Shown: in pieces, positions 25,424-34,210 of the stretch
How positions within the stretch are numbered: position 1 is the stretch's first letter
How the letters are laid out: each line of letters begins with the position of its first letter
IMG/VR virus record: IMGVR_UViG_3300017700_000482
Span: 1-39,827 of that record
Length of the DNA: 39,827 bases
Origin: a virus
Lineage: Duplodnaviria > Caudoviricetes
Strand: one strand, 5' to 3'
Notes under the pieces: model-generated
Database searches by the model: none
Told to the model about the DNA's origin: nothing
What the model saw: the letters and a program-made list of their open reading frames with translations, nothing else
Made by a program: the position numbers and the translations under genes

Positions 25424-26983
25424 ATGAACACTTTAATGCCTTTGCTGCGCGCCAAGTTCTTTGTGCCGGGGACTAATTTACCACTTGCCGGCGGGAAAGT
25501 GTGGACCTATGCAGCCGGCGGCAGCACGCCGCTCGCCACCTACACTACCGCAGCTGGCTCAACCGCGAATGCCAACCCGGTGATTCTCGACGCCAACGGC
25601 GAGGCTGCGATTTACCTTGCCAATGGCGCCACCTATGACATCAACGTCCTGACCTCTGCGAACGCTCAGGTACCCGGCTACCCGGTCCTTAATGTCATCG
25701 GTAGCGACAACGGATTGCGCGCTGATCTCGCTGGCGCTGGTGGCGCGGCCTTGATCGGGTACGGATTGAATACCGTGGCCGGCGCGCTCGCCAATCTCGA
25801 CGGCGCAATTGCCGATATCAACAGCGCGCCGCCGATCATTATCCTGTCCACCGGCCAGTCGAACATGCCGCAGGCCATTGCCTACGCGTGGGACCCGGCG
25901 CCGAATCTTTTCCTGTGGAACTTTGACGGAAACTCTCAGGCATCGACAGTGGTCGGTACCGCATTTGCCGCGATCAATCCGGCTTATGTCGGCCCGTCAG
26001 TTTCTGCCGCCAACATAATCGCCCGGGCAAACCGCAGCCGTCCAGTGCTCGTAATCAACGTGTACCGTGGTGGGCTGGGCATGGAGAATTGGGGGCCTTC
26101 CCCATCCACCTACAACTTCCGCCAGGCCATTGCCGGCAACGTCGTGGCAGCGCTCGCTGCGGCGTCGACTACCTACGGCATTACCATATCCAAAATCGAT
26201 TACTTCGTGTGGGGCGGCGGCGAATCGGACGCCAATGCGCAGAGCCAGACGATTACGACCGACTTTGAAACGTGGATCATGACCTGGCTGAAAACGCAGA
26301 CGTGGTTCGACAACTACATGCCCACGTTTATCATGGCGCTCCCTCCGTTTGCGCAGTCGGCGCCCGGGAACTCCGATTATTTGTGGCGCCGGTACAGCAG
26401 TGCTTTCAAGGCGGCAACCTGGCCCGATCCGAGCTGCCGGGCATACATCAACAACGGCGATCTGCCGATCAGTTATTTTGATCCGACCGGCGTGATTCCC
26501 TATCTGCACTATACCGGCGAAGGCTATTTCAGGGTCGGCCAGAAGCTCGGGCGCGCCATGCTCAGCGGTCTGTATGAAACCGGCATGACCTCCCAGCAGG
26601 GGCAGGGCGTCGATAGCGCTGTGGTGATTAGCGGCATGGTCAACTGCTCCGGCGTTTCCGTTGGCTATTCGATCTGGTCGCGAACATTCGACGAGATTAC
26701 GGTAAAAACATATGGCTCGATGACGGTGACTGCCGGAGCGACTGCAACCAGCTTCATCATGACGGTACCCATTAAGGCAAAAACCTTCCCGAACAACGTG
26801 GCGGGCAATATCGTCAGCGTCAACGCGGGCAATGCCGGCTTGATTCTCCCTGTCAGCAGCACGCAGACCGTGCAGGCCGCCTTCGTCAGCACCGGCACTG
26901 GCGCGCAGGCCTTCGTGATTACTTACAGCTATCGCGTGAACTCCAGTGATGTTCTCCCCAACTCGCCGCCGGGGACGACCTGA
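25424..26983 (+). CDS. Tailspike: virion-binding N-domain plus SGNH/SASA-like O-acetylesterase
   Basis: PLAGGKVWTYAAG..NPVILDANGEA head-binding motif; GQSNM, GG, WGGGESDA, LHY catalytic blocks. Confidence 0.85.
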   Translation: MNTLMPLLRAKFFVPGTNLPLAGGKVWTYAAGGSTPLATYTTAAGSTANANPVILDANGEAAIYLANGATYDINVLTSANAQVPGYPVLNVIGSDNGLRADLAGAGGAALIGYGLNTVAGALANLDGAIADINSAPPIIILSTGQSNMPQAIAYAWDPAPNLFLWNFDGNSQASTVVGTAFAAINPAYVGPSVSAANIIARANRSRPVLVINVYRGGLGMENWGPSPSTYNFRQAIAGNVVAALAAASTTYGITISKIDYFVWGGGESDANAQSQTITTDFETWIMTWLKTQTWFDNYMPTFIMALPPFAQSAPGNSDYLWRRYSSAFKAATWPDPSCRAYINNGDLPISYFDPTGVIPYLHYTGEGYFRVGQKLGRAMLSGLYETGMTSQQGQGVDSAVVISGMVNCSGVSVGYSIWSRTFDEITVKTYGSMTVTAGATATSFIMTVPIKAKTFPNNVAGNIVSVNAGNAGLILPVSSTQTVQAAFVSTGTGAQAFVITYSYRVNSSDVLPNSPPGTT

Positions 26984-27252
26984 TGGATCAAAATCTTTTC
27001 AACATCGATGACCTTGCCGATAAAGTGGCCGACCGAATCATGGTGGCCAAGCGGCTGCAATGGGTCGACCCCGAGACGCACGCCAACCACCACGAATGGA
27101 TCAAGGGTAAGCAGGCGTTCGAAGAGGACATTAAAAACCTCAAGCGGCGCATCATCCTGTCCGCGTGCATTTGGGCTGTGCCGATCATTCTGGCGTTCCT
27201 GCTGTCGTCGGTGTGGCGGTCGGTAATTGCTGCCATTGTGGGGCCGAAATAA
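26983..27252 (+). CDS. Membrane protein, holin/antiholin candidate
   Basis: C-terminal TM helix; TGATG and TAATG coupling into the endolysin. Confidence 0.55.
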   Translation: MDQNLFNIDDLADKVADRIMVAKRLQWVDPETHANHHEWIKGKQAFEEDIKNLKRRIILSACIWAVPIILAFLLSSVWRSVIAAIVGPK

Positions 27253-27680
27253 TGAACCGCGCAAAACTGAAAAGCCAGCTGATCGTCGACGAAGGCAGGG
27301 TCGCATCCGCCTACAAAGACTCGCTCGGATTTTTGACCATCGGCGTCGGCCACCTTATCGACCGACGCAAAGGCGGCAAGCTGTCCGATGCGGCAATCGA
27401 TTTCATCCTGGATGAGGATATCGACAAAACCTACGCAACCCTTACCGATGCGCTGCCGTGGGTCCAGCAGCTCGACGACGCGCGCCAGAACGTGCTGCTA
27501 AACATGGCTTTCAATCTAGGTGTCGGCGGGCTGCTGAAATTCAAAAAGACGCTGGAGCATGTGAAGGCCGGTCGATATGGCGCGGCGGCCGTTGAAATGC
27601 TGCAAAGCGATTGGGCGAAGCAAGTCGGCTCGCGGGCGGATCGCCTTTCCATTGTGATGGAGCTGGGGAGATTGCCATGA
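27252..27680 (+). CDS. Endolysin, T4-lysozyme-like (GH24)
   Basis: DEG....YKDSLGFLTIGVGH (E-x8-D-x5-T); NMAFNLG; WAKQVGSRA. Confidence 0.93.
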   Translation: MNRAKLKSQLIVDEGRVASAYKDSLGFLTIGVGHLIDRRKGGKLSDAAIDFILDEDIDKTYATLTDALPWVQQLDDARQNVLLNMAFNLGVGGLLKFKKTLEHVKAGRYGAAAVEMLQSDWAKQVGSRADRLSIVMELGRLP

Positions 27681-27934
27681 AACTCGCCGACAACTGGCGC
27701 ACCTGGCACAAGCGCTGGAGCGTTCGACTTAACCTGCTCGGCTCCGCGCTGATCAGCGTATTGGTCGCCTCTCCTGACGCCGCAATGGCCGCGTGGCGGA
27801 TGATGCCCGACGAGCTGCGTATCGCCATACCGTCGCAATACATGCCGCTGCTGGCAGTCGGTCTGCTGGTGCTGTCGGCGCTGTCGCAATTGATTAGGCA
27901 GGAGCGGCTGCACCCGCCCAAGGCTGACGAATGA
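27677..27934 (+). CDS. Holin
   Basis: MKLADNWRTWHKRWSVRL start, two TM helices, ends LIRQERL. Confidence 0.75.
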   Translation: MKLADNWRTWHKRWSVRLNLLGSALISVLVASPDAAMAAWRMMPDELRIAIPSQYMPLLAVGLLVLSALSQLIRQERLHPPKADE

Positions 27935-28386
27935 ACCCCTGCGCAATCATCGGCATCGCGCTGGCTGTACTGGCCGGCATCGGCGGCGCCTGGATCAACG
28001 GCAACCGCTGGGAGGTGCGTTACGCCACTCTCGAGCGCTATCACGCGCAGGCGATCGCCGACGCAGCCACCGCCACCGCCACCAAGCAGCTCGAGCTGCA
28101 GCACCAGATCAGGAGCGCCAACGATGTTCTCGAAACCGCACTTATCGAAAACGAGCGCCTTGCTCGCAGTGTCGCTGCTGGCACTGGCCGGCTGTACGTC
28201 CGCGCCACATGCCCCAGCTTGCCCGCCGCCAGTGATGCCGCCGGCGGAACTGTTGCAGCAGCCCCGGAACTTGATCCCGCTGCTCGACCAGCTTATTTCA
28301 CCCTCCGAGCCGAGCTCGCCGAGCAATTCGCCACGCTGACCAAGTGCCGAGATTTCGCCAACTCATTTACCGAGGTAACGCCATGA
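27931..28386 (+). CDS. Rz: Rz-like inner-membrane spanin
   Basis: N-terminal TM, coiled coil, AAGTGRLYVRATCP...YFTLR. Confidence 0.88.
   Translation: MNPCAIIGIALAVLAGIGGAWINGNRWEVRYATLERYHAQAIADAATATATKQLELQHQIRSANDVLETALIENERLARSVAAGTGRLYVRATCPSLPAASDAAGGTVAAAPELDPAARPAYFTLRAELAEQFATLTKCRDFANSFTEVTP
28124..28339 (+). CDS. Rz1: Rz1-like outer-membrane lipoprotein spanin, embedded in Rz
   Basis: Lipobox LAGC followed by a Pro-rich region; +1 frame inside Rz. Confidence 0.85.
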   Translation: MFSKPHLSKTSALLAVSLLALAGCTSAPHAPACPPPVMPPAELLQQPRNLIPLLDQLISPSEPSSPSNSPR

Positions 28387-28796
28387 AGTTTTTACTGATC
28401 GCCCTACTGTTTTCGATGCCGGCGCTGGCCGATGGCCTGTACTGGGATGAAGTCACGACCTACGCAAACGGATCGGCGCTTCCAGGCCCGGCCTCCTACC
28501 AGCTGTACGAGGACGGCAAAGTCTATGGCGCGGTAATCGCGAAGGCCCCGACGCGGACCAAGATGCTGTCGGTGCCGAGCTGCACGAAGCACACGTATTA
28601 CGTGGTAGCGCTGTATGGTGGCCTGCCGAGCGCGCCGAGCAACGCGGTCACACCGGCCTCCTGCTATCCGGCGACGCCTGTTCTGGGGAAAGTTGAGAGC
28701 GCGCAGCTGATGGCCTGCAAAGTCGACCAGCTGAAATACTGGTCCGCGAATATGCAGTGCCAGGCTGATCTGAAAAAGGCGAAGGCGGGCCGGTGA
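28383..28796 (+). CDS. Exported protein with FN3-like domain
   Basis: Signal peptide MKFLLIALLFSMPALA; L.W...SYQLY...YYVVA...SAPSN. Confidence 0.65.
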   Translation: MKFLLIALLFSMPALADGLYWDEVTTYANGSALPGPASYQLYEDGKVYGAVIAKAPTRTKMLSVPSCTKHTYYVVALYGGLPSAPSNAVTPASCYPATPVLGKVESAQLMACKVDQLKYWSANMQCQADLKKAKAGR

Positions 28797-28970
28797 GTGC
28801 CGCTACAACCCGATAACGCAAAGACAAAAGCAAACCGCGCGCGATCGGCGCAGCGCCAGAAGCAATGGCTCGCGGAGGGTATCGACCGACTCAAGGCAGA
28901 GCGCAGCCGGGAGGCGAATGAAATGCTGTTGCCGCCGACCAGTGAGGTTACGTTTCGGGCGGTGAGGGTG

Positions 28971-29194
28971 GCCCCCTAGAATGATCACGTAACCTATTGA
29001 TTTTGTTATGTGGCTTTTACGCTTTTTGTGGCATCGAAAAACAGCCTGTTTCCCTGAAATATCAACAACATTGGCGCCTATTGCCGCCCCCTTGACATGG
29101 TGGAGGTCGGCGATTCGAGCTCGCCCGGTCCTACCAAATCAAGCACTTACGAGTGCTAAAAAATTCCCCCTACTATCCCCCTACTATCCCCCTA
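28971..29194. other. attP: core is the 3' half of tRNA-Val(GAC), with IHF and arm-type sites
   Basis: CCTTGACATGGTGGAGGTCGGCGATTCGAGCTCGCCCGGTCCTACCA 29090-29136; WATCAANNNNTTR matches at 28990-29002(-) and 29137-29149; CCCCCTA at 28972 and three times at 29166-29194. Confidence 0.88.
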
Positions 29195-30274
29195 TAACTC
29201 AATGCGCAAATCAGCCAAAACTTCGCTCCATTTTTCCTTGTGGCCGTCGAGATAATGCTGCGTCATTTCGATTTTTGCATGGCCAAGCAAGCCCTGAATA
29301 AACTCCTCTGGATAGCCCGCCTCCTCGTACAGGTGAGCGCCTAAACTTCGCAGTTCGTGCAGGGTGGGGCGCTCGCCCGGCGGGTATTCATCGAACAGCC
29401 CTGTCCGGTCGCGCGCCGCTGCCACCGCTTTTGTGAGAAAGTCGGGGAGCACTTGAAACGGATGCTGCTTGTTCTCGCTCTCGCGCATTCGAGACGGCCG
29501 GCAAGCGATGATGAATGGGCAGACGATGCTGCGCACCTTGGCGAGCTGGATCGCATCTTTCAGGCTGCCGCCGATCTTGATGGCGATACGGGCGCCGGTC
29601 TTTTCCTGCCGCACCAGCAGCCTTTCTTCCTCGATACCGTCGAAGCGCATTGCAATCAGATCCTCGCGGCGCTGCAAGCTGGTCAGCGCTAAATCCATCG
29701 CTGCCTGTAGCCACGGCTCGGCCTGCGCGCGGGTTGCTCGATATTGCTCAAGAGTCCAGCGCTTCCTGCGTCGTGTCGGCGCCGGCTTCGATAGTGTCAT
29801 TTCGGCAATATTGCGCTCGACCAATCCCACCGAGCAGGCGAAGCGGTAGAGGTCGATCCATTGCCCGCGATACTTGATGTACGCGTCACGCGTGAGAGGG
29901 CGCAGCCAGTCGGACAGCGCCGCGAGCTCGAATTGCTGGAAGGGTAGGTCGCCGAGCTCGCGATCGATTCTATTCAGCCGATACTCGGCCTCAGACAGTG
30001 ACCGCGTGGACAGATGCTTGTCCGGCAAATGCTCGGCGCTATACCGCGAAATTAGTGTGCGGATGGTGTCGCCGCCGAGCACCCGGGCGACCAGATCGCC
30101 GCCGCCTACCAGGCGCTGATTTAGGGTGCGCGCCGCCTTGATTGCGCGAGCGCGATCCGAACCCATGCCGTAATTCTTTTTGGTGGTCGGATGCCGGTAG
30201 TAATAACCCCTGTCATTCGAGTAGAGGTTATCCGGCAGATCCTTGTTCTTTTTCGAGCGCGGGCGTGGATTCAT
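29192..30274 (-). CDS. int: Tyrosine integrase, lambda-type with N-terminal arm-binding domain
   Basis: LPDNLY..GYYYRHP; LQRREDL (R); QEKTG (K); HELRSL; LLGH..MTQHY. Confidence 0.96.
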   Translation of the reverse strand: MNPRPRSKKNKDLPDNLYSNDRGYYYRHPTTKKNYGMGSDRARAIKAARTLNQRLVGGGDLVARVLGGDTIRTLISRYSAEHLPDKHLSTRSLSEAEYRLNRIDRELGDLPFQQFELAALSDWLRPLTRDAYIKYRGQWIDLYRFACSVGLVERNIAEMTLSKPAPTRRRKRWTLEQYRATRAQAEPWLQAAMDLALTSLQRREDLIAMRFDGIEEERLLVRQEKTGARIAIKIGGSLKDAIQLAKVRSIVCPFIIACRPSRMRESENKQHPFQVLPDFLTKAVAAARDRTGLFDEYPPGERPTLHELRSLGAHLYEEAGYPEEFIQGLLGHAKIEMTQHYLDGHKEKWSEVLADLRIEL

Positions 30275-30471
30275 CAGCTGGCCATCAGTACGCGGTCGGC
30301 GAGCTCATCGCCGGTCTGCTTTTGCTCGAGCTCGATATCGACGAAGTAACGGCCGCCAATCTTCTTACCCGGCACATCACCGTTGTCGATCCAGCGCCGC
30401 ACCGATTGCGCGTGCGGTTTTTTCTTGGCGTCGCTGAATCGGCGGTCTATCCATTCTTGCACAGGAATCAT
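30274..30471 (-). CDS. xis: Excisionase
   Basis: Winged-helix SVRRWIDNGDVPGKKIGGRYFVD; coupled to int. Confidence 0.85.
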   Translation of the reverse strand: MIPVQEWIDRRFSDAKKKPHAQSVRRWIDNGDVPGKKIGGRYFVDIELEQKQTGDELADRVLMAS

Positions 30472-30480
30472 ATCGCTACC

Positions 30481-30924
30481 TCACCACGCTCGGCGCCGGC
30501 AGCGCCATACCTGAATCGACAATGCGCTCGCACTCGCCGTCAACTGAGTTTTCTTGTTCTGTGCCCTGAACAATTCATCGATCTCGCGCCGCTGACGCTC
30601 CTGTCTTATGATTTCTTGGCGGTGCGCCTCATCTCGAGCAGCCCATTCCGCTGTAAGCTGCATTTCCATTAAAGAGATTTGAAGGGCTACTTGCTCCCTT
30701 AAATAATTAACAAATCGCTCTGCCGCCCGACGATTCTCCCAGCGCGACAGGCCGGATCGGTCTCCGCCTAGCGCATCTCGATAATTCTTACTGTGCTTGT
30801 ACCATGCGGGCTTTTTCTCATGCGGCCGCCAGTCGCGCATAAGCATAGCGGCCTTTGCGCGCCACCCGCTCGGTACGGCAAACGCGGTGGCAACTCCGCC
30901 TGTGCGAACCCTCAGTGTTTTCAT
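30481..30924 (-). CDS. Hypothetical protein
   Basis: GGAGG RBS; basic, coiled-coil. Confidence 0.5.
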   Translation of the reverse strand: MKTLRVRTGGVATAFAVPSGWRAKAAMLMRDWRPHEKKPAWYKHSKNYRDALGGDRSGLSRWENRRAAERFVNYLREQVALQISLMEMQLTAEWAARDEAHRQEIIRQERQRREIDELFRAQNKKTQLTASASALSIQVWRCRRRAW

Positions 30925-31383
30925 CTACCCCTCCGATCCCGGCGCGGCCGGTAGATGCATCCAGTGCGTAGGCTCTCCGATTGTTAGCTGCATAAGCTCT
31001 CCGGAGCTATCCTCAGTCCACGCTGATCCACCGATATAGCCCGAGCCGCCGATATCGTGATACGCCTCCCAAAAACCAACAACCATGCATCCTTCGGAAA
31101 AAAGGAGAAGTCGAGGTGGCGTTACATATGCCGGATCGTCGACGCGGTCAGCGCCTCCGCCCTTCGGCGCCGTCTCGATTGGCTGCCACTGAGGTGCGGT
31201 TGGCTCCGCGCTGGCTGCCGCTGCATGCGCATTGATGATCGCTGCCACATTCTCAGCAGCAGCTTTCTCGGTAAACTCGCAAACCAGCTGCCCAAACGAA
31301 TCAACAATTGACGCCTCGATGCAGCAATGCCCGAGCACCGATTCGTCGACTACACGGTATTCTTTGCTATCGGTCGCGGTCAT
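30925..31383 (-). CDS. DUF551-like protein
   Basis: WQPIETAPK...PTHWMHLPAAP; GAGG RBS before ATG 31383. Confidence 0.75.
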   Translation of the reverse strand: MTATDSKEYRVVDESVLGHCCIEASIVDSFGQLVCEFTEKAAAENVAAIINAHAAAASAEPTAPQWQPIETAPKGGGADRVDDPAYVTPPRLLLFSEGCMVVGFWEAYHDIGGSGYIGGSAWTEDSSGELMQLTIGEPTHWMHLPAAPGSEG

Positions 31384-31394
31384 TTTTCGGTTCC

Positions 31395-31532
31395 TCACAT
31401 TGATGCCGACATAAAGATGATGAAGTAGGCCGCCAGCCCAGTTCCGGCCAGCCACACTCTGTCCGTGAAAATCCCACCGAAAGCGACGAGCATGGCGGAG
31501 ACGGCTAAAAGCCCAATATCTTGCGGCGCCAT
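31395..31532 (-). CDS. Small two-TM protein (45 aa, not in ORF track)
   Basis: MAPQDIGLLAVSAMLVAFGGIFTDRVWLAGTGLAAYFIIFMSASM; GAGG RBS, TGATG coupling. Confidence 0.55.
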   Translation of the reverse strand: MAPQDIGLLAVSAMLVAFGGIFTDRVWLAGTGLAAYFIIFMSASM

Positions 31533-31732
31533 CACCACCTCCCCCAGCCGCAAGGCTTCATCTGCCGCTCGACCGCCTCGTTTGCGAACGCCAAAACAAC
31601 GCCGCCCGGATCTGGATTGACTGGCTCAAACGGAAGGCTTCGGGGTATTTTCCAAATCCGCCGCTGCTCCATCGACATTTCAGCGCGAACGAATATTGCA
31701 GCGCGGCGGTGCCGCAGTCGCTGGTCGGTCAT
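31532..31732 (-). CDS. Hypothetical protein
   Basis: ATGA-coupled ORF. Confidence 0.45.
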   Translation of the reverse strand: MTDQRLRHRRAAIFVRAEMSMEQRRIWKIPRSLPFEPVNPDPGGVVLAFANEAVERQMKPCGWGRW

Positions 31733-32004
31733 ACCTTCGTCTCTCCTGCCTGGGTGGATAAGGCTGCGTCGCGAGCCTGCATCCAATATTTGTCGCGTAC
31801 CGGCTCAAGGCAAACCTCGCCATCGCACCAGCAGACGGCCTTAACAAGTTCGACGAGCGCTGCATTCTGCGCCTCCAGCCACTTCACGCGCCGCTCGCTG
31901 GCCTCGTAGTCGGCGTATGTGCAAAACCAGCCATTGTCGTCAGCCAGTGATCCGATGCCAGGATTCATGCTAAACCGCCGCACCTTCCCCGCTTCGTTGG
32001 TCAT
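31729..32004 (-). CDS. Hypothetical protein
   Basis: GWFCTYADY motif common in lambdoid early genes; coupled. Confidence 0.55.
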   Translation of the reverse strand: MTNEAGKVRRFSMNPGIGSLADDNGWFCTYADYEASERRVKWLEAQNAALVELVKAVCWCDGEVCLEPVRDKYWMQARDAALSTQAGETKV

Positions 32005-32264
32005 GATAAGCCCGCCTCAGTAAGTAATGCGGTATCCAGCCCTTTGCGCGACTCGACGCCGAGAGATTCACTGCGACCAGTGCATATGCCGTGGCTGATA
32101 AATCCAGCGGATACCAGCTCACCATCGCGCAGCTTCCGGCTCCAGTCTCGCCCGCTGTCGAAGCGAATCGCCGCCATCGCTTCCCACATGCGATCGTGAT
32201 CGACCGATTTCGGGAATACGAAAATAACTTCCTTATCGTCCAGCTTCGTTACGATGTATTTCAC
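32001..32264 (-). CDS. Conserved phage hypothetical protein
   Basis: KYIV..IFVFP..HD..VSAGF..C.GRSESLGVESR..D; GGAGG RBS, GTGA coupling. Confidence 0.65.
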   Translation of the reverse strand: MKYIVTKLDDKEVIFVFPKSVDHDRMWEAMAAIRFDSGRDWSRKLRDGELVSAGFISHGICTGRSESLGVESRKGLDTALLTEAGLS

Positions 32265-32968
32265 AGCCCGCCCTCCGCTTCCGCGATGTTGCGGCGTATG
32301 TTCGCAATCATTGCGCCGGCCTCGGCACGCGACGGCCAATGGACTGGATCGACTTGCGTTAGAAAATATTCGGTATCTTTCAGGACTGCCAGCAGCCGTT
32401 TATTGTGCGCTATGACAACCCCAGCCAAATCCCCCGCAACCTTGGCCTGTTGAATGCCGGCCGCTGCCGCAGCCTCCAGGAAAGGTTCGCGGCTCGGCCC
32501 ATCCTCCCCATGATCCGGCTCGGAGTGGTAGAGGTGTGGTGTGTCGCACTCGTTCCACGGGTTATTGCAGCGCGGGCACTGAGTGACGAAAGGATTGCAT
32601 TTCTTTGTAGAATCGAATGGTACAGCGAATGTATTGGCCTGCTGCGGGGCGGCAAGCGCCGCATATCGAATCGCCCTGGCGCACTCCTCGGCACCTTTCC
32701 GATACACGTACCATCCCTCATTATATCCGTCACAAATTTTCGCCGCTTCCTCAAAGATAGCGGAGCGCACACCCGCCCCGGCCTCGGGATGCTCGGGGGC
32801 TGCTGCAAGTTGTGCTTCCCATGCAGCCTGCAAAGAGTCGTCGCGATCTTTTCCTTTGATAACTGCTGTGGTGTTGAACGCGATTATTGAGGCTGAGCGC
32901 TGATCGTAGTTGCGCTCTATCGGCACCAGCACCCACTCAGCGTCATCGAACGTGATTGTCTTTTTCAT
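32261..32968 (-). CDS. Mosaic Eaa/Ead-like early protein
   Basis: WVLVP.E..LAAAP and EEAAKICD..ECARAIR modules. Confidence 0.6.
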   Translation of the reverse strand: MKKTITFDDAEWVLVPIERNYDQRSASIIAFNTTAVIKGKDRDDSLQAAWEAQLAAAPEHPEAGAGVRSAIFEEAAKICDGYNEGWYVYRKGAEECARAIRYAALAAPQQANTFAVPFDSTKKCNPFVTQCPRCNNPWNECDTPHLYHSEPDHGEDGPSREPFLEAAAAAGIQQAKVAGDLAGVVIAHNKRLLAVLKDTEYFLTQVDPVHWPSRAEAGAMIANIRRNIAEAEGGL

Positions 32969-33885
32969 CGGCTGGCCCCCTGTGTGAGCAACACTGGAAG
33001 ATTTTCATTAACCCACTCATATACTTGTTCGGCTAGCACTCCCGCACGACAGGACGAGCTATCAATCTCCAGTAGATAATCCTCTAGCGCGCTAATTACC
33101 GTTGCCGCATCAGCTACCGCGCCCTGCGCAGGAGCTGGGGCGGCGTAGAGGGGTATAGCATCGGATATGCCTGCGCCATGAGCCTTTCTCGGATCGCCTT
33201 CAGCAACATGCCATATTCCAGGATAGGTGTCGTGGTAACGATACTTCCACGCAACCGGCTCAGCCCCCGCAACGCTGGCGCGGTATTTGGCGGCCGAATC
33301 GTTCCATGCTTGTCGATAAAACTCGAAGTCGTCGGCTACTTTCATATTGCAATAGCCGCCATCGTTGTTTCTATTCAGCGTGCGGCCTCTTCGCGCCGTC
33401 TCTTTCGCGTAGCACTTCTCAAAACCTGCGCGAATCGCCTCGTCATCCCCCACGGCTGGCGCTTGGGGTGGGGTGGCTTGCTCCTCTGTAATAACTTGGC
33501 TTTCATTTTCAAATAAAAAGCCTATTTTTCGTAATAGAGTCTCAAGCTTTTTCTCGTTATAAGTCTCAGCCTTGAAGCCGCCATAGAAAAAAATTGAGCC
33601 TATTAATCTAGCAATTTCTTTAAGCTCCGCATTCTCCGCCGCCAGAGCGCTGTTTTCCTGAATCAATTGCGTGGCAGTTCTGTTGGCAGCTTCTATGCCG
33701 GACTCCAGCTCCGCAATCCGCTCCTGGCTCGCGCTGATGCGGTCGGGGAGTTCGGCGAGCAACAGTGCATCGCGTACTGCGCTGTGATATGCGTCACCGA
33801 CACACGCCTCCGCGTGAGAGTCAAACACGCGCTTTGCATATTCCAGCGCCTCAAAATGTTTTTCCGATAAAGTCGGCGTGGTCAT
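32965..33885 (-). CDS. Mosaic Ead/Ea22-like early protein
   Basis: RIAELE coiled coil and EPVAW..PLYAAP modules; ATGA coupling at 33885. Confidence 0.6.
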   Translation of the reverse strand: MTTPTLSEKHFEALEYAKRVFDSHAEACVGDAYHSAVRDALLLAELPDRISASQERIAELESGIEAANRTATQLIQENSALAAENAELKEIARLIGSIFFYGGFKAETYNEKKLETLLRKIGFLFENESQVITEEQATPPQAPAVGDDEAIRAGFEKCYAKETARRGRTLNRNNDGGYCNMKVADDFEFYRQAWNDSAAKYRASVAGAEPVAWKYRYHDTYPGIWHVAEGDPRKAHGAGISDAIPLYAAPAPAQGAVADAATVISALEDYLLEIDSSSCRAGVLAEQVYEWVNENLPVLLTQGASR

Positions 33886-34160
33886 GCTCGAAATCCCTCG
33901 CCATATAAAAAGTCTGCTGCCGACCGAGGGTCGTTGAAGTTGTCTAGATAGTGCGAAAGCCACGGATATTTCGCTTCCAGCTGCGGGCTGAATACCGCCT
34001 GCAGAACTGGAATGATCCTCGATAAGTCGGCAGCGGTTGCGAAATCATCCGCATCCCACACCCGGCCACCGGCGCCCGCATAAATATCCGTCACTCGCTG
34101 CAATAATGCCGCCTTCCGCTCGGCTTCACGCTGCACTCTCGTTTTACGCTTTACCATCAC
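33882..34160 (-). CDS. Hypothetical protein
   Basis: GGGAG RBS; coupled to next gene. Confidence 0.5.
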   Translation of the reverse strand: MMVKRKTRVQREAERKAALLQRVTDIYAGAGGRVWDADDFATAADLSRIIPVLQAVFSPQLEAKYPWLSHYLDNFNDPRSAADFLYGEGFRA

Positions 34161-34210
34161 TCACTCCCGCGCCGCAGCGCCAACAGAATAAAAAGCCCGG
34201 AGGCTAGGTG

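Noticed and set aside
28797-28979. 60-aa ORF before attP
   Set aside because: Weak GTG start with no clear RBS or motif, and it runs into the attP arm; not supported enough to call.
29060-29136. Complete tRNA-Val gene
   Set aside because: Only the anticodon loop to CCA is present. The upstream sequence has no D-arm or matching acceptor 5' strand, so it is the att core.
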